The notes under the pieces were generated by a model that saw only the letters and a program-made list of their open reading frames with translations, was not told the origin of the DNA and made no database searches. A stretch of 63,600 nt of DNA, the filler included, from Rhabdomonas costata (lineage: Eukaryota): NCBI GenBank assembly GCA_019059605.1. It is 45 parts of 45 records of this genome, joined end to end, with 100 filler letters (N's around TTAATTAATTAA, not from the genome) between each part and the next. Parts side by side here need not be neighbours in the genome. Positions count along the whole stretch, not along the records: positions 1 to 1,316 come from JAHMHO010019642.1; positions 1,417 to 2,732 come from JAHMHO010019643.1; positions 2,833 to 4,146 come from JAHMHO010019644.1; positions 4,247 to 5,574 come from JAHMHO010019645.1; positions 5,675 to 6,989 come from JAHMHO010019646.1; positions 7,090 to 8,405 come from JAHMHO010019647.1; positions 8,506 to 9,821 come from JAHMHO010019648.1; positions 9,922 to 11,237 come from JAHMHO010019649.1; 37 more parts are not named here. One strand, given 5' to 3'. Below, one piece after another: positions 1-11,816 of this stretch (the stretch's first letter is position 1; every line of letters begins with the position of its first letter). The translations under genes and the position numbers were made by a program.

Positions 1-10
1 TGTTTGTTGT

Positions 11-203
11 CCGCATTCAGTATGTTTGAAGCCTCCCCTTCTAACACTCTCTTTCGCTGTGAAATTTTTATTTGCCGGTTGCGCTCTTTTCTCAGTCCTG
101 CCAACTGGCCGAGCCATTTTCCAACAAAGAGTGCGAGCAATGGGCAATATTTCACAGCGAAAGAGAGTGTTAGAAGGGGAGGCTTCAAACATACTGAATG
201 CGG
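11..203. repeat. Contig-terminal inverted repeat with 55-bp arms (11-65 / 149-203); probable amplification fold-back
   Basis: Arms are perfect reverse complements. The tip tgtttgttgt is a G/T-only approximation of the reverse complement of 204-213 (tggttgttgc). Confidence 0.9.
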
Positions 204-984
204 GCAACAACCATGTTCCACAGTCAACGCCGCTTTATCGCTTTCAGTTTCCATGTATAACACATTAACACATTTCCCTTTCTTTTATTTACCGCTTCTT
301 GCCCCACGCAGTCGAGCAACACGACCCCACTCCCGCAATGGTCCCGGCATTGGACCCACCATAAACAAATAATTAGTGCCATGCCCCCCCCCAAAAAAAG
401 CCACAGATTTTCCGTGTTCTGCAACGAATGCAGCGAATCGTCACACCTTCTTGGGCAGAAGTGGTCGCAGGTGGAGGCGAAGAAGAAGAAGAAGCGGCTC
501 CTGAGAAGCCAACACTTCGACTTTTTGTCAGATCGTCCATCTGTAAAACGACGTTCTCGGTCGCTAGACTTTCGTCTTCTGCACTGAGATCATCGTCAGG
601 TGAAACCATAGGAAGTTCACAACGCATTTAGAAAATAAAAGGCTGAAAACATGACAGTGCGGGAAAATGAGCCTGGTTTGTCCCTTGGTTTTTCATTCTG
701 TTTCGATGGGATTTAAACCCAGTCAAAATCCTCAAAATCATGCCAAAAATAATTGCAAATTAGGACAGTAAGAATGAAACCCCCACAAAATTCTGCCAAG
801 GATAGCTTTAAAACAGAAAGGATCGTACCATACCACCTCCATACATTCCACCCACAATCAACTGCAACGTGACCTCCCCGAATCCCAAAACATTTGCAGA
901 ATCTCCAACTTCAAACTCTAGCAAAGAAGCACAGTGGTCAATACAGGAATGCAAAAAATGGACACAAAACACAGCACAAGTGAG

Positions 985-1128
985 CTATTCTTCGCAGGCC
1001 TGAAAACCAGGGAAGCAATCTTCAAAAGTTTGCTTTGGGTGCTTGTTCGCAGCATGCTGCCGGACTTCAGGCTCGCGCACGGTGCACAGGAAGTCTTGCA
1101 GGCAAATCTTACAACGGACGGTCTTCGC
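985..1128 (-). CDS. Last exon of a small At2g23090/ZNF706-like C2H2 zinc-finger protein
   Basis: Acceptor ttgtttcag, then AKTVRCKICLQDFLCTVREPEVRQHAANKHPKQTFEDCFP followed by a stop. This matches the CxxC..F..H...KHPK...CFP family motif. Confidence 0.8.
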   Translation of the reverse strand, partial: AKTVRCKICLQDFLCTVREPEVRQHAANKHPKQTFEDCFPGFQACEE

Positions 1129-1316
1129 CTGAAACAACAAGCGGAGAAAAAACTCGTGGTAAAGCACAACTTGGCACAGGGAGTAAGCATTGAATGCGTT
1201 TATATCGTCTTTTGAAAGACGGCAGTGTTCATTAGAGCCCCTTTTCACTCACTTTCGTCCTATTCGATGGATCTATCCCACACTTGCGAACCGAAAGTGA
1301 GGTCACCCCAACACAA

Positions 1317-1416
1317 NNNNNNNNNNNNNNNNNNNNNNNNNNNNNNNNNNNNNNNNNNNNTTAATTAATTAANNNNNNNNNNNNNNNNNNNNNNNNNNNN
1401 NNNNNNNNNNNNNNNN
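1317..1416. other. Artificial contig spacer (44 N + TTAATTAATTAA + 44 N); first of 44 identical spacers, the last at 62186-62285
   Basis: The same 100-nt block recurs about every 1.4 kb. The core places stop codons in all six frames. Confidence 0.99.
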
Positions 1417-2732
1417 TCTAGTTTTCTTTTTGAATTTCTGTTGGTCGAGTTTCCCATCACATCAGCAACGTCTTTTGCAAAAAGCCGACCCAATCTTGGT
1501 GAAGGCATTGTGTATCCGTTAATGTGCAGTTTGCATTTTTTTTGTGGTGTGGCATATTAGTTGTTTAATTTCAACGGCGGCTGGGCACTTTTATCCTGCC
1601 TTTTTTTCACTTATATTTGCAGAGCTGAAAAGCTCTATCTGAACTGAGTTCCAAAACCAGGTTGCGAGAAATGTTTACTGCTTTGTCTTTTTGTTTTACG
1701 CGCTTTTTGCTTTTTGGATCTGTCTCATCGGCAGCTCCTTCCGTATTCTTGCACTCTTTCCATTCCCCCTGATGTCTGATGTGCCACAGTTACCTGCATG
1801 TTGGGGGGATATCATACCCTTCAAGTTGCGATCCCGTCCGCATCCAATTAATGCTTTTTTCGAGTGATTTCATTCGAATGGTGTGTTGTTTCACTGTGCT
1901 GACCAGCTCTGTCGTTCCGGCCGCTTGCCTTTTTGGCAAGGGGCCCTGAAAAGCGGAGCCAGAGTTCTTGATGTGACGTGCGTTGAGTAGTGTGTGTCCC
2001 GGGGTTTCATCCGCCTACTTTTTTTTATGGAGCACAACGTTTTCAAAGGAGGGGAGCGAGCTTCACGATGCCAGTTTAGCTGATGTGCGGATCTGTCATA
2101 AGGAGGGGGTGGGGTTTTCCATGTAGACAGCCAGTCCAGCGAAGAGGTTTTGCATTCAGGATTGGTGATACCAATGAAAAAGGTGAGGTTAGCGGGAGAG
2201 CATACCGAATTGGTCACATTGAGAGGAACGCAAGGCGGCGAGCATGTGCTGTTTAGCGGCTTGTGCCTCCCGCTTTTTGGCCTTTCCTTTTGTTTCATTC
2301 TATCCATCTTTAATCAAAGTCTGCTTGTTGGAATCGCTTCACTGACATGTGTGATTCGGTGAAAACATGGCCACGGAAAGCAGCGGTTTCCTTGTTTGTG
2401 GGTGTATGATTTTTTTTTGGGGGGGGGTCATCTGTTTGTTTTCTACGAAAAGCTCCGTTAAGCGGTTGTATGCCTCCCAGGCATGGCATGCAATCCGAAC
2501 GCCGGAGCCAGAGCTTGCTCAGTAACAGGTGTTTACAGATGTTCAAATGAAATTCCAGCGCCTTTCTTTTGAGAGAATTTGTGCTTCATCACGGCCTTCA
2601 GTTGGGGTTGAGCGAAGAAAAAAGCAAGTCACTTGAGTTTTTAGCATCTGCATTGGGCATGCGTGGTGCCTCTAAGTCTCACTTCTAGTTTTCTTTTTGA
2701 ATTTCTGTTGGTCGAGTTTCCCATCACATCAG
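1417..2732. repeat. Circularisable contig or tandem-repeat unit of 1267 bp
   Basis: The first 49 nt (1417-1465) are identical to the last 49 nt (2684-2732). Confidence 0.9.
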
Positions 2733-2841
2733 NNNNNNNNNNNNNNNNNNNNNNNNNNNNNNNNNNNNNNNNNNNNTTAATTAATTAANNNNNNNNNNNN
2801 NNNNNNNNNNNNNNNNNNNNNNNNNNNNNNNNGTTGGTTGG

Positions 2842-2920
2842 TCCATGTGTTTGCAACTTCACCCACCAGACTCACAAAAAACCGTAGTGGGACTGGTGGG
2901 TGAAGTTGCAAACACATGGA
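2842..2920. repeat. Contig-terminal inverted repeat with 28-bp arms (2842-2869 / 2893-2920)
   Basis: tccatgtgtttgcaacttcacccaccag and its reverse complement, preceded by the G/T-only tip gttggttgg. Confidence 0.9.
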
Positions 2921-4810
2921 GCAAACAAGCCAAAAAAATCAATCTGCATACTCACAAATGTAGAGAATGTAGAGATAAGAGCTGAACTGGAAACCGCGCT
3001 GTCGCTCACGAAGCGCTTCGCCCACCTTTGATAAGAGCTGAGCCTCAGATGTAGAATTTGCCTTGGTCCTCATTGCAGTAGGCCCCGCTGTAACCCCCTC
3101 AGTGAATTATCCAGGAAAGTGTGATTGTTTTGCCGGCTTCCGCGGGCGCCGCTGAAACAGCCTATGGGGGAAGTGCGCCCTGCAGAAAGGAAAAACTCCA
3201 TTTCTGCCCTTCCCCGTTTCCATCCCCCCGCCCCGCTTTCGGATGCCAACGCGGCATTTCCAAAGGCCTTGGAACGAATCAAAGTGCGGCCGTCCACTCT
3301 GCTGGCGCGTTCTTCGACAACCACAATCCTTCGGCAACCGGGACCACATCCAAAAAGCAGGAATCCGGGGAGTAGTGCTAGCAACGTAAAGAATCACGGG
3401 CGCCGATTCATTTCCATTTAGGGCGCTCACCATGGAAGGCAGAATTTTGAGGAGCGAAGCGCGGAGGACAAAACGAATACCCAGTGAAGGCGCCACCTGG
3501 ACATCCCCTACCTGTTGTATTGGACAGTGCCTTGAGCGTGCCTGGAACCGCCTGGTTCATCACCTTCGGTTGTTGTCACACGCCGTCTATCCGCCGAGCC
3601 TCTTACGTGCCTCCTACCTCTTGCGGGTGGTCGTGGCTCTGGGCTCCGCTTCTGACAGCCTGTATCCCGAGGGTCTTGCCCTTCTCTCTTCTCACTTTCT
3701 CTCTCCGGTTCGGCCTTCTCTCCCCCTTCCCTCTCTCGATTTGCTTTTCTGCCTGGCAGGGTGTCATATAATCGGGTTGTGCTTTTCCCCGACTTGCCTC
3801 GGTCAGAAGTCCTTGCTCTTGCTTCCTCTTCTCCCTCAACTTTCTTCCCATTCAACTGCTCCAGTATCTTCCGTGACTTCCTCCATGGCTTTATCCAAAT
3901 GCACCACTACTTCATCAACTCTTGAGCTTTTCTGAAGTCTAAGCTCACCAACAGAATTCTCAACTCAAGCGCAGAACTTCCAATCTTTAGCTGGTCAACC
4001 ATTCCACTCAAATTTCGTTTATCGACCACTCTCTACTCCGTCGAAAATGACTCTGAAATTTCTCACGACTGCGAACACCAACGTGTTCTTTATCTTTTTA
4101 TCCACTCGAAGACTCTCCTACGTGTCCTGAGCCGTTACACACAACCNNNNNNNNNNNNNNNNNNNNNNNNNNNNNNNNNNNNNNNNNNNNTTAATTAATT
4201 AANNNNNNNNNNNNNNNNNNNNNNNNNNNNNNNNNNNNNNNNNNNNTTGTGTTTTCGAAAATTATGACCATGTTCCTGGATCCGCCCTCTTATCCTTCTT
4301 CTCCTCCTCCTCTTCCTTTCGCTCCTTTGCCTTTGCTTTTGATCTCTTTTTTTCCAGCGGCACCCATTTTTATGTGCAGAACGGAAACGATTGTCTGAGG
4401 TCACTCTTGGCATTGTCGTCGTTTCTACTTCGACAGAAGATCTTTTTTTTGGGGTGCATGCCCGAGATGCCTTTGGCGTTGCGACGCGTGACAAAACTCT
4501 GTGAGCAATTTCTCGTCCACTGGTCCACTGTCTTTGTGCCTAATGAAAGTTGTTTTCATTGATCGCGCAGAAGGTGCAGCGGGGAATGAACCCCCCAAAA
4601 TACCAGACAATGTTGGCGGGAGAAGGCAGGCGCAGTGTTCTTTTTGAAGGGAGGGGGGCACTGGCAAACGCATGGTATACAGAACGAGAAAATGGTCAAC
4701 GCATTTTGCAATTAATCAGGATGGTTTTGGGCAAGATTTTTGACTTACTGTATATGTGTGTGTGTGCTGATTTTGTGGGCAATCAATGTTCTCTTTTGTT
4801 CATATCTCAG

Positions 4811-4927
4811 TGGGTACACCCCAAGCCTCGGCAGCTTGGTTGCCAAAACCCTGAGGAAGGACCCTGCGCAGCGTCCCAGTGCCCGGGAGCTCTCAGACTA
4901 CCTCCTACCCTTCATGGAGCGCAGAAG
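4811..4927 (+). CDS. Exon encoding the end of a protein kinase C-lobe (subdomain XI, NEK-like)
   Basis: ctcag | GYTPSLGSLVAKTLRKDPAQRPSAREL... | gtgagg; contains the DP..RPSA.EL motif. Confidence 0.65.
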
Positions 4928-5099
4928 GTGAGGCCCTGCCCCCGGCGCCCCCCGGCTTCTGCGACCGCGTGTGGCAGCCCAAACGATACTCCCTGTTATC
5001 GCAGTTTGCTTGCTCGCGTGCCTAGTTGGGATTGTGCGCAGGTTATCAGAATTTATGCTTTTTACACACCGAGCTGTACAGTAACTCATTGAGTTCTTC

Positions 5100-5100
<1 letters not shown>

Positions 5101-5139
<39 letters not shown>
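5101..5139. repeat. (GT)n microsatellite
   Basis: About 19 perfect GT units. Confidence 0.95.
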
Positions 5140-5140
<1 letters not shown>

Positions 5141-6458
5141 ACGCGGTGTGAGCAGTGTGCGCATTGCAGTGTGAGCGTCCTCGCTCCCAGTCAGCATCGT
5201 GGCTCCTGCCTAGATGGAAATGAGGCAACTTTTGGGGCTTGCCCAGCTGTGACAATGCTACCCCCCCTGCGGAATTTGGTTGCGGCTTTTGTGCCATTGA
5301 AAAGGTTGGGATTGAGCAACGCTTGTCTGGTCATCCGCATAATAGGCGAAAGACACAAGATGCACTTCTTAGACCGGCACGCTTCCCTTTGCCCATGCGA
5401 ATGGGAAGCTTTGGCGCTTGCTCGACTCCCGTTGTGCCGAATTTTAGCAAGTTCTGTCCATTGTCTTTCTGCTCTGACCTTACGCGACTGCGACTGCGTT
5501 GCAGTACTTTCACTTTTTTTTTCTTGATTCGGGACACCCAAATTTATCCCACTAGCGCTCGTTCCACACCCACTNNNNNNNNNNNNNNNNNNNNNNNNNN
5601 NNNNNNNNNNNNNNNNNNTTAATTAATTAANNNNNNNNNNNNNNNNNNNNNNNNNNNNNNNNNNNNNNNNNNNNTTGTGTGGGTGGCACTTCCACGAGCT
5701 GCTGGGGGCTGCGGTGCGTTGGCGGGACACTGCCCGAGTGACTCAGCTGTGGGTGGGCTTGCTCCGTTCAGGCCTCCGACCCACCTCTCAGGTAGGGGAG
5801 GAATGGGGGGAGGGGGTATTTTCAATTTTTCCTGGTAGGAGTGGCGCTGTCTTCCTCCGATTGGAGCGCCGCAGACGTCAAGTGTAGATGGACTTTTTGC
5901 TCAACAGGCCCTCCCAGCGCAGCGTCTAAGATCTAGTGTGTCCCAGTGTGTGTCCGCGCGCATAGTGTCCGTTTGCATTTCGCAAAGAGTTTGCACTCCC
6001 TCTTGTTAGATGTGTGTTTCCGTTTCTATGAGTTCGGATTTCGCACCCAGGGCGGCCTTCCCTACGATTACCCCACCACCACCACCACTATCTGTGACCC
6101 GTCCGGATTTTGTGCGTGGTCGCCTTTTCCTTTGCCGCGGTGGCTGCGCCCATTTTGTATAGAGTATAGAGGAATTAATATGGAGGGATAGGGGGCCCAA
6201 CGGGTCGGGCGAGGCCCTCTCCCTTGCCCTGCTCACTGCTGAGGCTTGTGACGCGTCAACCCCGTTTGAACTTTTGGTTGTCAAATGTACACCTTTTTCT
6301 TCGGAACCCTGGTCTATTCGCGGGGTTTGGGGGGTGGGGGCTGCAAATATTTTTTTGCGGGCGATTGCAAGGCGAGGCATTTGTGGTCGGGTCTCGGAGT
6401 TATTGCTGTGGTATCTCCAACCGTTTCCGTCGTGGAATGTGTTTGGTTTTTCCTGTAG

Positions 6459-6608
6459 ACTTTCAACCTGCTTCTGGTGGGCTTCCGTGAGACCTTACCC
6501 ACGGTGGAGCTGATCTGCAGGCGGATGAGCGCGATGCGGGTTTCCCCGGACAACTTGACATGGGCCATCCTCTCCGAGATCGGGAACACCGTGCCCGACC
6601 CAGGCTGG
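6459..6608 (+). CDS. Exon with a pentatricopeptide-repeat (PPR)-like motif
   Basis: tcctgtag | TFNLLLVGF...ICRRMSAMRVSPDNLTWAIL matches the PPR consensus TFN.LL.G...M....V.PD..TW..L. The 3' boundary is uncertain. Confidence 0.55.
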
Positions 6609-7801
6609 GTGATCACAGCTGGGAGGCTTCTGCAGCCAAAAGCTGAAACCCCCCCACAGACTTGAAAGTACCAATACAGCAGGTCCCTTCTTCAGTCCCG
6701 TTCATGGGGTTTGAAGCCCAAAGAGGCAAGCAAAATGGGAATGAAGAAGCAGGGCGAGCTTTTGCCCCTTCACTGCAGAGCCTCTTTCAAGGCAGCTCGA
6801 GACTGCTCGAAGTGGGCCGCCACTTGCCCCCGATGGAACCCTTTAACCGCTACTTTGTTCCTTTACGGCCACTGTGGTGCATACAAGCCGTGTGCAAACA
6901 TAGACATGGGGCTCTATACTGTTGAGGCGTCGATGGTTTCCTTTTACTTCCAGAGAGTATCGTTTGATTCCGCATCCCCCACATGCCGTNNNNNNNNNNN
7001 NNNNNNNNNNNNNNNNNNNNNNNNNNNNNNNNNTTAATTAATTAANNNNNNNNNNNNNNNNNNNNNNNNNNNNNNNNNNNNNNNNNNNNGGGGTGGGGGT
7101 GTTAAGTCAGAATTTCGGCTTTTGGGCGTGTACTTGGGCGTCATTGTTGCTTCGTTGCGGTGTGGTGTGCCCCCATGGGGTCGCTCACCTGCACCTCAGC
7201 TACCACTCCTACCACTACTACCACTTGCAGACCAACACGATACTGTCCCCATCTCCGGATTAAACTCATTATAACCATCATATTCAGCATTGCTGAATCT
7301 GTCGAGATTTGATCTGTTTTGACGGTCCGATCGCTTTTCGCACGCCCAGTACGCAGCGGTCGTCCGCGCACAGAATCCGGACTCTCAGGGGAGTGGGGGG
7401 TGGGGTTGTGTGGATATGTCCGCTTTGGTCCGGACTCTCAAGAGCGCATGCATGCAATGAGACCCAACTTACCAAGAGGGAGCATTCACGCACTCGCACT
7501 GGGACACGAGTTCGGATGCGCACACGCATTGGGACACCGCCCGACGTTTGCTGCTGCGTTGAGAGGGCCCTGCTCAGCAATAAACCAAAAAGTAAAGGCC
7601 CAGTTTCATGGGACCGGGGGGGCATCTTCAGCACGGACTATTTTTTTTATTGCTGTGAATCCATTTGCAACCGTTTTTCACCGTTGAATGTCGTACCGTA
7701 CAGTAGTTCCGTACCGTAACTCTACTTCTGACCTCATTCCTATCGGAACCCGAACCACATGACCAAATGGGACCCTGTGCTGCAAATCTTGGGCTGCTCA
7801 G

Positions 7802-7950
7802 GAAATATCTCTGCTGAAGCAGCTGGACGGCACCAAGGAGGGCTTCCGAGGCAAAGCCTCGGACTTGCAGCAGCAGCGCGGGGTGATCGAGCACTACCAC
7901 CTCATGATTGAGCAGTCCCAGAAACAACTCGCCAGAGACTTCAACAATTG
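7802..7950 (+). CDS. Exon resembling the KIF6/KIF9 (kinesin-9) C-terminal coiled region
   Basis: ctcag | EISLLKQLDGTKEGFRGKASDLQQQRGVIEHYHLMIEQSQKQLARDFNNW | gtggg, similar to the IEH..L....K.L..EF..W pattern. Confidence 0.55.
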
Positions 7951-9668
7951 GTGGGCACGCATCCACGCTCACTCACTCACTCATTCACACTCGCTCGCTC
8001 GCTCGCGTACTCACGCTATCACGTATGCCCATCAGACGGGACCAGTCTCGTTCACTGGGCCCTGGATTGGAAAAAACTTGTTGACGTCTATTATTATGCT
8101 GGTCCCACAACAAGATGGAATAATTTCCACTATCCCAGGCCACACCAAGGAAGGCCTTTCCCCATCCGCTAGTGTGGATGCGCCCGGAGGCTCTTTCCCC
8201 AGTAATGGGGGTGGTTCCGCAGCCCTCCCAAGGGAGCACCGGACTCCGCGGCACGCGACTGCCCCATCGGAGAACGGCAGATGGGGAAGTTAGGTGATCT
8301 CCAATAAAATAGTGAGGACCAGGAAAAAAGGAATTCGCCGTGATCCACGCATTGGTAGAAGTCACCGATTGAGTGCGGCAGAAAATTCAAGGCAGAACTC
8401 CGTGANNNNNNNNNNNNNNNNNNNNNNNNNNNNNNNNNNNNNNNNNNNNTTAATTAATTAANNNNNNNNNNNNNNNNNNNNNNNNNNNNNNNNNNNNNNN
8501 NNNNNGGGGTGTGGTGCGATACCAGGTGGTCACTCTGGACATGGTATGTTGGGGAGTGCGGAGGGGAGGGAGGGGATCGTAAAGGAGAACGGTGAGGGCT
8601 GGGTAGGAGAGTAACCTCCTGGCTACACATAGCTCTCAATTTCATCTGCCGCAGTACCCGGAAATGCACACTTCGACACTCAGGGTGAGCGGCGATGCAT
8701 CATCAATATCTGTGATGTGCGGTGGGATCGAGGACGCGGGTGAGCATTGAACACGATGACGAAATGGCCGGGAAGAAAGTAAGTCAGAAGCAGAGAGCAG
8801 AAGGTGAATGTTAAATAGCCCACACAATCGACAACGAAGACGAGGATGAGACGACCAAGAAGAAACAGTGCGAGTGGACACGAACTACGCCCAAGCCGTC
8901 CTTGAGGACGTAAAAAAAAGGGGAAACGTGGCGGCGAAGGGAGGCCTAGCAAGTCTTCCTGATCGACTCCACCAGATCCGAGATTCCACGTCATCAATCA
9001 TAAAACAGAGATTGCCACTTGGCGCCCAGTCGTACGGGCAGGGCCCAGCAGAATCAGAGCGAGAAAGACGCCGTGCACCCCCCCCCCCCCACGAGGAATG
9101 ACGCCGGATGCCTGAAGTGCGCGGGGGAGAGGAATGACACGCAGTGAGAGCCCCGCAAGGGAGGAGAAGTTCAGAGCCAGAGAGGCAAATGGATGGGAAT
9201 GGATGGAATGGACCCAGGGGCGACAAACGGAAAGAGTGGAGAAAGCGACAGCGGGAAACCGCGGGGAGCACCACGCGCAAGAATAGGCGTAAGGACGTAT
9301 GAACATGGGAGCAAGAGAACGAAGGAGAGCAGCGACGGCGGCGGCAGTTGAAGCAGCAAAGGCGCAGCGAAAAATTAGAGGAGAGCAATGGAAAGAGCAG
9401 CGGGTGGCAGCAGGTGAAGCAGAGGTGGGTCGGATGCCGTGGAATTCAAGCGGCGCCAGGCGGTGAAGAGTAGCAGGCGGAAAAGCGAAAAAAAGAAACA
9501 TGAGAACGGGAATGAGAAGGGAAGCGACGAACAGCCAGAAGCCAAACACAAAAGCGAACTTTGGACATTCGAATTTTCAATCCCCCGCAGTGGGCGATGG
9601 CCTGCCGCTTGCCTATGTTGTGCCCTTCGTCTGTCTCATTTGTTGCTCTTTGCTGTTGCTTGGCGTAG

Positions 9669-9788
9669 GATCGCCGGCAGATTGAGGGCGCAGTGGCCTT
9701 CGTGGACATCTCGGGGTTCAGTGCCCTGGCCCATGCCCTGGGCCAGAGCGCGAAGGGCGCGATGATCCTTTCGCAGTGCATCAACGAC
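9669..9788 (+). CDS. Exon of a soluble adenylyl cyclase (ADCY10-like class III cyclase)
   Basis: gcgtag | DRRQIEGAVAFVDISGFSALAHALGQSAKGAMILSQCIND | gtgtgt. Has the metal-binding FVDISGF motif plus GA..L...IN. Not in the supplied ORF track. Confidence 0.8.
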
Positions 9789-10811
9789 GTGTGTGCGCGC
9801 AGCTTCCAACCACCAGTCGCCNNNNNNNNNNNNNNNNNNNNNNNNNNNNNNNNNNNNNNNNNNNNTTAATTAATTAANNNNNNNNNNNNNNNNNNNNNNN
9901 NNNNNNNNNNNNNNNNNNNNNGTGGGGGGGGGATCGAAACAGGGAGTGCATCTCGTGTTTCGTATATTCTGTACTTGCCTTGCACTCGGTAGCGTGGAAC
10001 AATCGAGCAGGGGGGGGGGCATGCCACTATCGCTCGGAACATCTTTGAGTGACTTTATGAGAAAGTGGGTACTTCTTGATGTCGTTTGTGAGCAAAGGAA
10101 GTGATTCTGAAAGATCTGCAAGGAGAGGCTTGCGCTGCGGGAAGGCACCTCCACATGAGCCCGCTCCTTTCCCCCATCCCGCGGACATTTCCGAGGGTGC
10201 AGTGTCCACAATGCCTTGATTTCATCAGCAGAGCATGGGGCCTTACCATGGAAAAAACGGACGAATATGCTTGGCAAACGGATGGATTCTGCTGTGTTCC
10301 TGTCGCAGCTGGCTCGGATTGAGGGCACCGAACAAATCCTCACTCCTCAGTCTGCTCATTCTGGTTTATTCGGTGTTTCTATATGGTTTGCTCCTGGCGA
10401 TGATGCAAGGAGAATGTGACTGGGTGGCCCTGTTGAACTTTACGTTTACCATATGTGTATGCTTTTACGATGTACGCTCCCTGCATATCACGGACCCTCA
10501 GCCAGGAACACAAATATAGACGCACCCAAGAGTGCAGCCTTTAGTAACCAGGTTGTTGAAGGAGTGATGCCCCCAAGAGTAAAAGGTAAAGGGTAAAGTG
10601 CATGGTTACATTCGCCCCCTCAAACGCTGTTCCTGAATGAAAAGACAACCATCGCGTCCGACCACGTTCTTCACTTTTTATTTAGGGGAGGTTGGTTTGG
10701 GTTCGTTGCCTTATTCTTGTGTTCCCAAAAGAGAGGAATTATGCTTTGCTTCAGCCTTTCTCCTATAGGCTTTTTCCAGGACCCTATTTTGCTCTGTATA
10801 AGCTTGGAGCC

Positions 10812-11162
10812 ATGGCAGCAAAGGCGGTCACCCCTTTCAAGCCGCACCTCCCCAAGGACTTCCCTTCCTCCGTGCTGGGCACCCTTCAGACTGCTCTGCA
10901 GAGCCTGGACACCCGCGAGCTTGTAGTGTCGTACCACCAGTCGCGATCCGAAATGACGACCTTCTCCATCTTCGCGGAGTTCTTTAAGACGGCTTTCCAC
11001 GTGGAAACCTCGCACTACCAGCCGCAAGGCTTGCTCTCGACCCCGGCCTGTCCGGAGGTCAGGGATCTTCTGCAAGAGGTCGTGCGGTGTCCCCAGGCTG
11101 ACCGCGCCGTGGGGGCGTTTGTGGGGAACGCCCTGGGGGACGCCATGGGTCATCCGCTGGAG
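10812..11162 (+). CDS. First exon of an ADP-ribosylglycohydrolase (ARH/DraG family)
   Basis: ATG ... DRAVGAFVGNALGDAMGHPLE | gtgctg, the N-terminal family motif DR..G...G.A.GDA.G.P.E. Confidence 0.8.
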
Positions 11163-11337
11163 GTGCTGCTTTGGCCCTTGCAATTTTTTGCTCTCTTTCT
11201 CTCTCCTTTTTTTTTTTTCGAAACGCATTCGCCGTCGNNNNNNNNNNNNNNNNNNNNNNNNNNNNNNNNNNNNNNNNNNNNTTAATTAATTAANNNNNNN
11301 NNNNNNNNNNNNNNNNNNNNNNNNNNNNNNNNNNNNN

Positions 11338-11707
11338 GTGTGGGTGTGAACCGTGATCGAAAGAACGTATGCAAGGAACAGGAGAAACAGAAGGGAACTT
11401 AGTGACCGAGTGTGACGAGTGTGACCGAGTGAGCGTAACCGCGTGCTAGCGGTGAAGCGAACCATCACGAGGAATGATGCGAATACATGAAGCATCATGA
11501 CGAAAAGAAGAACAAGAACCATGACAAGTAGTGAACATGAACAGGGAGGAACGAAGTGACGACGACGTGAGAGAGGAACAGGAGTAACGTAGTGAGCGCA
11601 GCTAACGAAGTGACGAATGTGACGAACCAGTGAACAGGAGACATGAGTGCAACGAATGTCGAGTGTGAACCGTACAACAAGTGCTGCAGATGAACAGGAG
11701 TGAACAT
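11338..11707 (-). CDS. nad6: Highly divergent mitochondrial NADH dehydrogenase subunit 6-like gene; needs +1 nt near 11534; 3' end cut off by the contig end
   Basis: MFTPVHLQHLLYGSHSTFVALMSPVHWFVTFVTSLAALTTLLLFLSHVVVTSFLPVHV, then after a frame change (S)LLVMVLVLLFVMMLHV. This reproduces the Nad6 landmarks NPVH...LLLLL...VLFLFVVMMFH with the same spacing (by-eye comparison). Confidence 0.6.
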
Positions 11708-11816
11708 GAACGCAGTAATAGTGAACGAGTGTGACGTCGGAGGAACAGTAAACACGAACGAACGCGGTGATTGATAGTTGGGTGTGACGACTATACTTCG
11801 TAGAACTCGCCATTAG

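Noticed and set aside
11-203. Long perfect hairpins (also 2842-2920, 25497-25644, 39657-39870, 56415-56526) as pre-miRNAs, MITEs or hairpin telomeres
   Set aside because: All five abut a contig end and share no sequence with each other. Their outer tips deviate from the partner arm only toward G/T (or C/A), as expected for primer-initiated fold-back chimeras. Natural hairpins cannot be fully excluded without reads.
1445-1830. Short resemblances to U1 snRNA (TGGGAAACTCGAC, minus strand) and 5S rRNA (catacc...gatcccgtccg) in the circular contig
   Set aside because: The flanking hallmarks are absent: no U1 5' ACTTACC and downstream Sm site, and no 5S internal control region.
2355-2375. gtgaaaacatgg in the circular contig as a guide RNA for the nad6 frameshift site
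   Set aside because: The match is only about 10 nt, has the wrong number of A's and lacks an extended anchor, so chance explains it.
2601-2615. ggggttgagcg as a kinetoplast CSB-3 (GGGGTTGGTGTA)
   Set aside because: Only 7 nt match and there is no CSB-1 or CSB-2 at the expected spacing.
8885-9549. Long overlapping ORFs in purine-rich sequence, and most other short track ORFs
   Set aside because: These are low-complexity intron or intergenic DNA, or antisense shadows of GC-rich exons, with no recognisable motifs.
11286-11813. The 175-aa minus-strand ORF from the track as a single real protein
   Set aside because: Its N-terminal half looks like an off-frame reading. Only the part downstream of about 11534 fits Nad6, whose first half lies in the adjacent frame.
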